This document shows positions 18,604 through 27,125 of a DNA stretch of 64,000 nt, piece after piece (the stretch's first letter is position 1; every line of letters begins with the position of its first letter). The notes below the pieces were generated by a model, which was given only the letters and a program-made list of their open reading frames with translations, did not search any database and was not told where the DNA came from. Origin of the DNA: an uncultured Lachnospiraceae bacterium (GTDB lineage: Bacteria; Bacillota; Clostridia; Lachnospirales; Lachnospiraceae); assembly GCA_910577645.1 (NCBI GenBank), contig CAJTOL010000017.1:696-64695 (forward strand), written 5' to 3'. The translations under genes and the position numbers were made by a program.

Positions 18604-19710
18604 TTACTTCATCAGACCGGCGTCCTTGTAGTATGCTGCCGCACCGGGATGAAGCTCTATGCCTGTCATCTCTATGGTCCAGGCTGTAGCAGGATCAAAG
18701 CTCTCCATAGCCGGGACTAATTCTACAATTTCATTCTTCTTCTCACAAATTCCTTTTGTTAACGCATATACAACGTCATCCGGAACATCTTTACGGACTA
18801 AAATAGTTTCGCATCCGCAGATTGTTTCCACAGGCTCAGTCTGTCCATTCCAGCTGTTTGCCGGCATGGTCATGGAATTATAGCCTTTTTCATTCATCTT
18901 CGCCCTGGTTTCTTCTTTCAGCTCTATTACATGCATGGTAGAAGTCATACACAGCTCTGTAAATGCAGGCTGTCCAAGAGAAACAATATCAATGGATACG
19001 TCTGCGGAACCTTCCTTCAGCATATCTGTCATCTGAGACGGCGCAATGTGGTAAGACGCGCCTCCCCAGGAATCAATATCCTCCCAGGTAATTCCAAAGC
19101 AATCAAGAAGATCGTTTGCACCATCCATGCCAAAAGAGCCGGGCGCTTTGGTTACAATGCGTACCGGATGCTTGGCCTCAAACACTTCTTCCAAAGTGGT
19201 AAAACCGGTTTTCTGGACAAATGCATCTGTAAACATGATGGTTCCCCAGGTAATATCTGTACCGCCGCAGACTGCTGCTACATTCTGAAGAGGAGCCCTT
19301 CCTTCTTCATAGGTTCCTTCTGCCAATCTCTTACCCGGCACATTGGATCCGCTTGCAAAACTGCTTTGGTTTTCTTCGATCAGCAGCGCGCCTGCTGCCC
19401 CTCCAGTAGAAATAGGCTGAATTTCAATGGTATTATTGCCTAAGTCCCCTTTTCCCAGCACTTCTACAATTGCCGCTACACGAGAGTAAACCGTGGTATC
19501 TACACCCTGAGTGGCTAAAATGTAATTCTGTCCGGAGGTGGTAAGTTCCGTTGCGCCTGCTCCTCCTGTTTCTGTCGCCGCTTCACCTGCTGCCGTAGTC
19601 TCCAAAGCCTTTGTCGTCTCTGCCGCCTGCTGTGTTCCTCCGCATCCCATCAAACTAACCGCCATAGCTGCCGCCAGAAAAGACACTGCCATCTTTTTAT
19701 TCTTTTTCAT
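18604..19710 (-). CDS. TAXI-family TRAP transporter solute-binding lipoprotein
   Basis: It has a signal peptide with lipobox LMGCGG and a Thr/Ala-rich linker. The remainder is of TAXI length, ending in ELHPGAAAYYKDAGL. Confidence 0.75.
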   Translation of the reverse strand: MKKNKKMAVSFLAAAMAVSLMGCGGTQQAAETTKALETTAAGEAATETGGAGATELTTSGQNYILATQGVDTTVYSRVAAIVEVLGKGDLGNNTIEIQPISTGGAAGALLIEENQSSFASGSNVPGKRLAEGTYEEGRAPLQNVAAVCGGTDITWGTIMFTDAFVQKTGFTTLEEVFEAKHPVRIVTKAPGSFGMDGANDLLDCFGITWEDIDSWGGASYHIAPSQMTDMLKEGSADVSIDIVSLGQPAFTELCMTSTMHVIELKEETRAKMNEKGYNSMTMPANSWNGQTEPVETICGCETILVRKDVPDDVVYALTKGICEKKNEIVELVPAMESFDPATAWTIEMTGIELHPGAAAYYKDAGLMK

Positions 19711-19734
19711 ATGTGTGGCCTCCTTAATGTTTTC

Positions 19735-20169
19735 CTACTTGATTATTTTTATAATACCGTCCAATGCCGCTTTATAAGATTCCTTTCCAAAACCGCATAT
19801 CAGTCCGCTGCAAACCGGAGCTAATACCGATTTATTTTCCGGCTTCCTGAAAAAATTTGCCAGGTGAACTTCCACACAGGGGATATGGAGCGGTTCTATC
19901 GCTTCCTTCAATCCAATACTATAGTGTCCGAAAGACCCTGGATTGATAATTACTCCCTTGTATGTCTCCTCTGCCCGGTGAAGAAGGTTTATTAATTCTC
20001 CTTCCAGATTACTTTGATACGCTTCTACTTCCACATTGATTTCTCTTCCATATTCAATCAACTCATCCATAATTGATTCCAGTGTATCCGTCCCCAAAGC
20101 GCTTTTGTCTCTTTTTCCCAGCAAATCCATATTTGCACCATTTATCACTAATATCTTTTTTTCACTCAT
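19735..20169 (-). CDS. Type II 3-dehydroquinate dehydratase-like protein (AroQ fold) lacking the catalytic Tyr
   Basis: ILVINGANMDLLGKRDKSALG aligns without gaps to NGPNLxxLGxREPxxYG, placing Leu25 where the catalytic Tyr should be. NPGSFGHYS and VEVHLAN are conserved. Confidence 0.7.
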   Translation of the reverse strand: MSEKKILVINGANMDLLGKRDKSALGTDTLESIMDELIEYGREINVEVEAYQSNLEGELINLLHRAEETYKGVIINPGSFGHYSIGLKEAIEPLHIPCVEVHLANFFRKPENKSVLAPVCSGLICGFGKESYKAALDGIIKIIK

Positions 20170-20426
20170 CCACCCTTCCTCCTGTTAAAATTTTTACAAA
20201 TTTTTGTTTGTATTTTATAATAAATATTTTGTTTGCCCGCAAAATTTTTATGCTTTTATTTTACAACATTCCTATATATCTGTCAAATACAACTTTATTT
20301 TTTGTCATTTTTCCTATATAATGCTTATTTTTATGGTCATTTTGCTATTTTTTATTTTTAAAATCATAATTTATTTTTAGCTTATATATTTATTTTTTTG
20401 TATTTTTGATGTTTTCGTATCAAAAA

Positions 20427-20470
20427 AGAGCGTCGCAAACTCACCAAATCAGATGATTTTGCGACGCTCT
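20427..20470 (-). terminator. Intrinsic terminator after the YheO-like regulator gene
   Basis: A 13-bp perfect stem, AGAGCGTCGCAAA (20427..20439) with TTTGCGACGCTCT (20458..20470). T-runs flank it on both strands. Confidence 0.75.
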
Positions 20471-20485
20471 TTTTGACGCGAAATG

Positions 20486-21166
20486 CTACTCTTCTATTTC
20501 CCGCTTCCTCTGGGGCTCTTTATCCCCTCGAATACTGTTAAGATAATTATATAGCTTAAACTTAGAAATCCCTAAAAATTCACAGACCCTGTCACTGGAT
20601 TTGGTAATTAAAAAGGCGCCTTTCTCATCAAGATAGCGTAACACGCTTTCTTTTTCCTCTTTTGTCATTTTCTCCACATCCACTCCTACCATTGCGACAG
20701 CTTGATCCATCAATTTAGTAAGAAGCTCGTTGACATCGGCAAAAATCGCCGTCTCCGGAATCTGCTCCCCCTCGGATGGATTATACATATTTAAACCGCG
20801 AAGGTATTCTTCGCAGCGGACAGAGTCTGATATATCCGTATTAATGCAGATAGATCCGATAATCGTTCCATCTTTCCCCCGAAAAAACACGGTTGATGTA
20901 CGGATAATCTTACCATCTCTGGTATGGATAATCCGGTTATAACGGCTGCCGTCTTTCACTGTGCCTGCTAAAACCTCTATCCCCCAGTCTCCGCCTGGAT
21001 CTCCTATTTTTCTTCCCGATAAATAGCCATTTCGGATATCCGCAATTGTATTTCCATAATCCTTTTTTAAATCATGCAAAACTATCTCGCTTTTCGTTCC
21101 CAGATGATGCTCCAGTAAATTAATATACTGCTGGAACATTTCCCAATTGTCATAAATCGTTTCCAT
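20486..21166 (-). CDS. YheO/DauR-like transcriptional regulator (PAS-like sensor + C-terminal HTH)
   Basis: SEIVLHDL ... GSICINTDIS matches the YheO-like PAS domain. The C-terminal KSSDRVCEFLGISKFKLYNYL is an HTH. Confidence 0.65.
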   Translation of the reverse strand: METIYDNWEMFQQYINLLEHHLGTKSEIVLHDLKKDYGNTIADIRNGYLSGRKIGDPGGDWGIEVLAGTVKDGSRYNRIIHTRDGKIIRTSTVFFRGKDGTIIGSICINTDISDSVRCEEYLRGLNMYNPSEGEQIPETAIFADVNELLTKLMDQAVAMVGVDVEKMTKEEKESVLRYLDEKGAFLITKSSDRVCEFLGISKFKLYNYLNSIRGDKEPQRKREIEE

Positions 21167-21453
21167 TTCCTTCCTCCTTCTATATTTAATAGTATAATAC
21201 TTTTTTTGTCCTGTAAAGGGAGCTTACGAAATATTTTTTCGGTTATCCAGATAAAAACTATGATTTTCCTTGGATTTTATGCTTATTTCTTTGGTTTTTC
21301 GTGATAATGCATAATTTTTTTTAATATTTTCAGTGCTTTATTCTATATACACCAAAAAAATATTAATATATAATCTTATTATATAATTTTTTGTTTGCCT
21401 TTGTAAGAAAATATTTTATGGTTTTAATTATTACGAATAACGGAGGATTATTT

Positions 21454-22443
21454 ATGGCTGCAAAGAGAAAAATCATGGTGCCTTATCCGGTACTAAAGGA
21501 AGGCTTAACTGAATTATTTGAACGGTATGAAGTTTATTATCCCAACCGCATTGTTCCCAGAAATGAAATTTTAGAGATTCTTCCCCAGTACGACGCCTTA
21601 ATCTCCTGCGGCTTCCTGGCCAATGCAGAAGCGATTGAACGCATGGATAATGTAAAAATCATGAGTACCTATGGGGTAGGATACGATAACGTTGATTTAA
21701 AGAAGATGAATGAAAAAGGAATTTTAGTCTGCAATCTTCCGGATATTGTAACAGAATCCACCGCCGAATTTGCCATGGGGCTGATGCTGGCATTAATGCG
21801 CCGGATTCCGGAAACCGATCACAAGCTGCGTTTAATCCCGGATTTAATGTGGGGACCTATTGCCAACCTTGGTCATGGGCTCAACGGCAAAAAGCTGGGC
21901 ATCGTAGGAATGGGCCGTATCGGACGCGCTGTTGCCCGCAGAGCAAAACCATTCTTAATGGACATTACGTACCACAACCGGCATCAGCTTCCTCCTGAGG
22001 TAGAAGCAGAGTACAGCGCAACCTATGTTCCCACTTTTGAACAAATTCTTCGGGAATCTGACATTGTAATGATCAATATGCCCCTTACTCCCGAAACCCG
22101 CCATATGTTTGGCCTTCCCCAGTTTGAGATGATGAAGCGTTCTGCTTATTTAATTAATGTAGGCCGCGGCCCCATCGTAAATGAGCCCGAGTTAATTGAA
22201 GCTTTAGATAAAAAATTAATTGCCGGAGCCGGTCTGGATGTATTCGAGCATGAGCCCAATATTCCCAATCAGTTTAAAGGCATGCCTAATGTAGTTTTGG
22301 GCGCTCACATGGCAACTGCCACTGTGGAAACCAGAACCGAAATGGTACGTCTGGCCTGCAAAAATATTATTGACTATCTGGAATATGGCCAGCTTCCCAA
22401 TCTGGTCAATCCGGACGCATTAGCAAACAAGAGACCATTATAG
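21454..22443 (+). CDS. D-isomer-specific 2-hydroxyacid dehydrogenase (glyoxylate/hydroxypyruvate/2-ketogluconate reductase-like)
   Basis: NAD fingerprint GIVGMGRIGRAVARR and the catalytic region NVGRGPIV...LDVFEHEP...H. Start is ATG 21454 behind GGAGG. The ORF-track start at 21391 is a TTG. Confidence 0.85.
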   Translation: MAAKRKIMVPYPVLKEGLTELFERYEVYYPNRIVPRNEILEILPQYDALISCGFLANAEAIERMDNVKIMSTYGVGYDNVDLKKMNEKGILVCNLPDIVTESTAEFAMGLMLALMRRIPETDHKLRLIPDLMWGPIANLGHGLNGKKLGIVGMGRIGRAVARRAKPFLMDITYHNRHQLPPEVEAEYSATYVPTFEQILRESDIVMINMPLTPETRHMFGLPQFEMMKRSAYLINVGRGPIVNEPELIEALDKKLIAGAGLDVFEHEPNIPNQFKGMPNVVLGAHMATATVETRTEMVRLACKNIIDYLEYGQLPNLVNPDALANKRPL

Positions 22444-22458
22444 ATCTTACCCCTAAAA

Positions 22459-22499
22459 ACCAGCAAAATGTGCCGGCGGCGTGTTTTGCTGGTTTTTTT
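22459..22499 (+). terminator. Intrinsic terminator after the 2-hydroxyacid dehydrogenase gene
   Basis: ACCAGCAAAA (22459..22468) pairs with TTTTGCTGGT (22484..22493), followed by TTTTTT. Confidence 0.8.
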
Positions 22500-22513
22500 A
22501 CCGGAAAATTAAT

Positions 22514-22567
22514 GCGCTTCATAATTCATATCATCCGCTAATCCCGATGATATGAATTATGAAGCGC
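22514..22567. repeat. 22-bp perfect inverted repeat with a 10-nt loop between convergent genes
   Basis: GCGCTTCATAATTCATATCATC (22514..22535) and its exact reverse complement (22546..22567). Neither side has a flanking T-run. Confidence 0.9.
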
Positions 22568-22646
22568 TTGCTAAAAAACAAGGGGTTTCAGGCAGGGCAG
22601 GAATGGAATGGGGATGTCGTAAAATGGTAAATACACCCTTGATGAT

Positions 22647-23936
22647 TTATACAGACTTTGCCAAAGTTTTCCAAAGCCCCAACGCCGGCGTCTTAATCAC
22701 ATAGATCTCTTCCCCGTCCGGCATGGTGTAGTAGCCATCCGGCAGTTTTTCCATATCGTATCTGGCGGCTGCTTCCTGGTAGTCCATGTGGCAGTAGCCG
22801 ATACTCTCCACTTCTTCCTTGGTAACTTTGGATTTATCAGTGGCATAAGTCACTGTAAAGCGGCCTTCTGTAGAGCCGTGCATAATATGGGCCGCCACCA
22901 TATCCGCATTGGTAAATTTTCCGTCTTTCCAAAGGTTCAAAGCATAGGGAGTCCCGCGGTAGCCGTATTGGCGGATCAGGCCGTCCACCTCATCATTTTC
23001 TCCAAAATGCAGCAGGCCGGGAGCTAAAACCAGCAACTCCCCTCCATCCTCAATAATCATTCTGGAACGGTAAATCGCTTTGTTTCCTACCCAGGTGGAT
23101 GTAAATTCTTCTGGTTCCAGATAAGCCACCACCTTGTGAACCCGCTTTGGCAGATAGGTGATGTTCCATCGCTTTGCCAGTTCTGCGGCCTGTTCGAAAG
23201 GCCTGCGGGCAGCTCCTGTAAAAATGCCGTGGATCTGTGCCTCATGGTTCTCCTCTGTGGTTACTGTCAAAATGTAGGCTAAAGGCACATCCTTCAGGAA
23301 GTTTTCTTCTGCATAATCAAACAGGAGCCGAACCGGGGTATCGGTTTCTCCCATAATGTTCTCTAAATTGTAGATAGCCCCCACCATATGGCTCTGGTTA
23401 ATCATCTGGCGGCCTCCCAGCCCTACCAGAATATTTTTGCTGTAGTTGGCCATCCCCACCACCTCGTGGGGCACCACCTGCCCGATGGAAAGGATCAGGT
23501 CAAAGCTCCCGTCTACCAGGCATTTATTTACCTCTGCGTCAATATCCAGACTGCTAGTTCCGTCGCTGATTTTTTCTATATAAGCCGCCGGAATCGTACC
23601 GATTTTAACGGTATCGGTGCGCCAGTTATGATAAAGGTACACCGATTCCGGTATATCCCCGCCAATAAAGCTGACCTGTTCCTCCCTTGTCATCATCCGG
23701 TGAGTTCCCAGGGCAGGCATTATTTTTACCTCTGCCTCCTTCGCCAGCTTTCGGTAACAATATCCGGTAATCTTTCCCGCATATGAGTAGCAGCGGGTAA
23801 TATCCGGAGGAACCAAAAGCACCCGTTTGGCTCCCTTCACCTGTTCCAGGGTTTGATCCAAAACCTGAAATACTTCCTGATCACTGATCACGCCGTCAAA
23901 GGATTTGGCGCTGTATTCTTTCATGTTTTTTAGCAT
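22647..23936 (-). CDS. LarA-like (nickel-pincer dependent lactate/2-hydroxyacid racemase family, DUF2088) protein
   Basis: 429 aa. VLLVPPDITR, PALGTHR and VVPHEVVGMANYSKNILVGLGG resemble the LarA His/Lys motifs as I remember them. A 7-nt overlap links it to the DUF1667 gene. Confidence 0.55.
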   Translation of the reverse strand: MLKNMKEYSAKSFDGVISDQEVFQVLDQTLEQVKGAKRVLLVPPDITRCYSYAGKITGYCYRKLAKEAEVKIMPALGTHRMMTREEQVSFIGGDIPESVYLYHNWRTDTVKIGTIPAAYIEKISDGTSSLDIDAEVNKCLVDGSFDLILSIGQVVPHEVVGMANYSKNILVGLGGRQMINQSHMVGAIYNLENIMGETDTPVRLLFDYAEENFLKDVPLAYILTVTTEENHEAQIHGIFTGAARRPFEQAAELAKRWNITYLPKRVHKVVAYLEPEEFTSTWVGNKAIYRSRMIIEDGGELLVLAPGLLHFGENDEVDGLIRQYGYRGTPYALNLWKDGKFTNADMVAAHIMHGSTEGRFTVTYATDKSKVTKEEVESIGYCHMDYQEAAARYDMEKLPDGYYTMPDGEEIYVIKTPALGLWKTLAKSV

Positions 23937-24298
23937 AAATCTCTCTCCACTGTTTTTGTGACAATTACATCGCTTTCATAGCCTAAAATCCCGGAAATTA
24001 CTATGGTTCCGGCCTTTACCGGAGCTTCCAGGCTTATTTTACGGATCTCTTCCATGGCTTTTCCAATCTCCCCTTTAGGAATGGGGTTTGTAAGGCGCAC
24101 ACTTGCCAAAGGCAGCTCCCCGTTTTTCACTAATATGGAGGTAGCGATATTTCTCCGGGGATCCGTAAGCTCCTGCTCCACATAGGATTCCCCTTTGGGG
24201 CAGATATTTCCGGTTATAGAAAGGATTTTTCCGTTTTCTACGTCTGCCTGGATCTCACATCCATTAGGGCAGATAATGCAGGTATATTCTCTCAACAT
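23930..24298 (-). CDS. DUF1667-domain protein (small subunit of clostridial GlpA-type flavoprotein operons)
   Basis: 122 aa. The N-terminal Cys cluster CIICPNGC...CPKG, the size and the operon position are typical. Confidence 0.65.
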   Translation of the reverse strand: MLREYTCIICPNGCEIQADVENGKILSITGNICPKGESYVEQELTDPRRNIATSILVKNGELPLASVRLTNPIPKGEIGKAMEEIRKISLEAPVKAGTIVISGILGYESDVIVTKTVERDLC

Positions 24299-25527
24299 TC
24301 TACACTCACCTCCAGAGCATCCTTTGAACTTATCTTGTCTGCTTTTATTGTAAGCTGGATCATTTCGGCCGGAAGGGCTTTTTTCATTTTCTTTGCCCCA
24401 ATTTCCTTTCCGCCCTGCCTCACAACAATCCGGCAGTCTCTTATCAGTTTTCTTACGCGCATGGATAGGGTAACATCCTGTTCTCCGCTGATTTTTTGTG
24501 GGATGGTATGGCCAATGTTTCCATCCGTAGTAATTTCAATGGAACAGTCTTCCAAGGCCTTATTTTTTATGTATTCTGCAGCAGAATCCGCCAGCTTCTC
24601 TGCCTCCATGGACACAAAGTCTACCAAATCATGGACGTGGAGCACATTCCCTGCCGCAAAAATCCCGTCTATATTGGTCTGGAAATGCTCGTCTACCACT
24701 GCTCCTCTGGTTCGGTTATCCAGTGTTACTCCAGCATCAATGGACAGCTCATTTTCCGGAATCAGGCCCACAGACAGAATCAGGGTATCGCATTGATATT
24801 CTTTTTCTGTTCCGGGGACAGGTTTAAAGTGTTCATCTACCTGAGCCACCGTAACTCCTGTCAGCCGGGAATCTCCGTGGATCTCTGTTACGGTATGGCT
24901 TAGATACAAAGGAATATTATAATCATTTAAACACTGCTCAATATTTCTGGGAAGCCCGCTGGGGATGGGCTGAATCTCAAACACTGCCTGAACATGAGCT
25001 CCCTCTAAAGTCAGCCGTCTGGCCATAATCATGCCAATATCTCCGGAGCCCAGAATTACTACTTCCTTTGCAGGCATTCGGTTGTAAAGATTCATGTAAG
25101 CCTGAGCCACCCCGGCGGTAAATACACCGGTGGGACGTTCTCCCGGAATTCCCAATGCGCCTCTGGTCCGCTCCCTGCAGCCCATGGTCAGAATAACTGC
25201 CTGAGCCTGATACTGCACCAGCCCTTCTCTGGATGCCGCCGTTACTACCTTGTCTTTTGTAACCTCTAAAACCGTGGTATTGGTCATATAGGGAATCTCT
25301 TTTTCCACCACCTGATCGATAAATCGCTGGGCATATTCCGGGCCGCTTAAGGTAGTCTGAAAGCGGGTAAGGCCAAAGCCGTCGTGGATACACTGACGCA
25401 GAATTCCGCCCATGTGCTTTTCCCGCTCCAATATCAAAATGTCCCGAATTCCTTTTTTATACAGTTCTACGGCAGCTGCCAGCCCTGCGGGGCCTCCGCC
25501 TATGATAATAACGTCTTTTTTCTCCAT
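24292..25527 (-). CDS. FAD/NAD(P)-binding pyridine-nucleotide-disulfide-type oxidoreductase
   Basis: Two dinucleotide folds, VIIIGGGPAGLAAA and VVILGSGDIGM, plus the C-terminal FAAGNV motif. Confidence 0.75.
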   Translation of the reverse strand: MEKKDVIIIGGGPAGLAAAVELYKKGIRDILILEREKHMGGILRQCIHDGFGLTRFQTTLSGPEYAQRFIDQVVEKEIPYMTNTTVLEVTKDKVVTAASREGLVQYQAQAVILTMGCRERTRGALGIPGERPTGVFTAGVAQAYMNLYNRMPAKEVVILGSGDIGMIMARRLTLEGAHVQAVFEIQPIPSGLPRNIEQCLNDYNIPLYLSHTVTEIHGDSRLTGVTVAQVDEHFKPVPGTEKEYQCDTLILSVGLIPENELSIDAGVTLDNRTRGAVVDEHFQTNIDGIFAAGNVLHVHDLVDFVSMEAEKLADSAAEYIKNKALEDCSIEITTDGNIGHTIPQKISGEQDVTLSMRVRKLIRDCRIVVRQGGKEIGAKKMKKALPAEMIQLTIKADKISSKDALEVSVEC

Positions 25528-25529
25528 AA

Positions 25530-26990
25530 TCAGTTTTCCTCCCGCACCTTTTTAAAGATTACCTGGGATCCCTGACGGGCGTAAAGAACTTCGGTCTCCT
25601 TCTTTCCCAGCTCTTCTTCAATCATCTGTTCGATCCGCATCTGGCAGTAGCCCCCCTGACACCGTCCCATCATGGAGCGGGTCCGGTACTTAACGCCTAC
25701 CATAGTATTTACTCCCAGAGGGTTATGGATTGCCTGAAGGATTTCCGCCTTGGTTACCTTCTCACAGCGGCAGATTATCTCGCCGTAATCCGGATTTTCC
25801 TTAATTATGCGAGCCTGCTCTTCCTTAGATAAATTCTCAAACCGGACAATTCCCTTCCGTCTGGGATTAAAATCAGGATTCTCCTTCAGTTCTTCCCGTT
25901 CCTTCATCAAGCCTATGGCGTAGCGGGCAATGGGCACGGCAGCGGTCAGGCCCGGCGACTCAATCCCTACCAGGTTAATGGCATTGGGTGCCAAATCATC
26001 TTTTATCTCGATCTTAAAGTCCTGAATTACCCCATTATCATCTACCCACTTAGGCAATATGCCGGAATAGTTGCGGATATAGTCTGCCTTATTAATATGA
26101 GGCCAGAGCCTGGAAGCGCTCTCTGCCAAATAATCCATATTTTTCTGAGAAACGCCATAATAGCCGAAATCATCCACCAGATCTGCATTAGGGCCAATGG
26201 TTACGTTCCCGTCAATGGTGTTGGTTACATGTATTCCCATATAGGTATTGCTGGGTACCGGGTAAACCGGCATGGGAAGGAGCGGGCCGGTTCTCTTGTC
26301 TAAGATGATATAATCTCCCTTAGAACCGATAATTTTATAGCCCTTAATTCCCAGCATATACGAAATTTCCCCACACCCTAAACCAGCGGCGTTTACCACC
26401 CAGCGAGTGTGAAATTCTCCCTGTACCGTGGTGATGTGATAAATTCCCTGTTCATCCCGACGGATTGCAGTTACCTGATTGTTAAAAAAGTATTCCGCTC
26501 CGTTTTGATGTGCATTTTCCGCTAATGCAATGGTATAGTGAAACGGCTCTAAAATACCGCTGTTGGGAGAAAACATGGCAAATTTTCCTACTACTGCAGG
26601 CACAAGCTGATGAAGTTTTTCTTCATCAATAATCTCCAGCCCTTTTGAGCCGTTGACTTCCCCCTGCTTTAAGGTTCTCTTTAAGGTTTCCATGTCTTCT
26701 TCCGTATTGCCTACCAGCACCTTACCGCAGCGCAGGAAGGGGAATTCCAGTTCTTCTGCCAGTTGCCCCATCATCTGGTTTCCTTCCACACACAGCTTCG
26801 CTTTTAAAGTCCCTTCATCATAGGCAAAGCCGCCGTGAACCACCGCGGAATTCCTTCCGCTGGTCTCATAGCAGACATCTAAGTTTTTCTCCAGAACCCC
26901 AATCTTCAGCTGATATCTGGACATTTCCCTGGCTATGGCGCTTCCTATCATACCTCCGCCGATAATCAGTACATCATATAATGGTTTCAT
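25530..26990 (-). CDS. FAD-dependent oxidoreductase of the GlpA/LhgO type with a C-terminal BFD-like [2Fe-2S] domain
   Basis: DVLIIGGGMIGSAIA is a DAO-type FAD fold. The C-terminal CRCEKVT...GRCQGGYC is BFD-like. RBS is GGAGG. Confidence 0.8.
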   Translation of the reverse strand: MKPLYDVLIIGGGMIGSAIAREMSRYQLKIGVLEKNLDVCYETSGRNSAVVHGGFAYDEGTLKAKLCVEGNQMMGQLAEELEFPFLRCGKVLVGNTEEDMETLKRTLKQGEVNGSKGLEIIDEEKLHQLVPAVVGKFAMFSPNSGILEPFHYTIALAENAHQNGAEYFFNNQVTAIRRDEQGIYHITTVQGEFHTRWVVNAAGLGCGEISYMLGIKGYKIIGSKGDYIILDKRTGPLLPMPVYPVPSNTYMGIHVTNTIDGNVTIGPNADLVDDFGYYGVSQKNMDYLAESASRLWPHINKADYIRNYSGILPKWVDDNGVIQDFKIEIKDDLAPNAINLVGIESPGLTAAVPIARYAIGLMKEREELKENPDFNPRRKGIVRFENLSKEEQARIIKENPDYGEIICRCEKVTKAEILQAIHNPLGVNTMVGVKYRTRSMMGRCQGGYCQMRIEQMIEEELGKKETEVLYARQGSQVIFKKVREEN

Positions 26991-27091
26991 CTGCCCACAC
27001 CTCCATATTCATCCTATAAATATACTTTATTTTTATCATTTTTTAGGGTTTGCGTCAAGATTTTTCTTTAATTTATAGGATGAATTTAGAT

Positions 27092-27125
27092 GCAAACAAA
27101 GAAAAACCGCCAGCAAGCCTAGCGG
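27092..27125 (-). terminator. Orphan intrinsic terminator upstream of the glpA-like operon
   Basis: On the minus strand CCGCTAG-GCTTG-CTGGCGG (7 bp including one G.U pair) is followed by TTTTTCTTTGTTTG. No annotated minus-strand gene lies immediately upstream. Confidence 0.5.
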
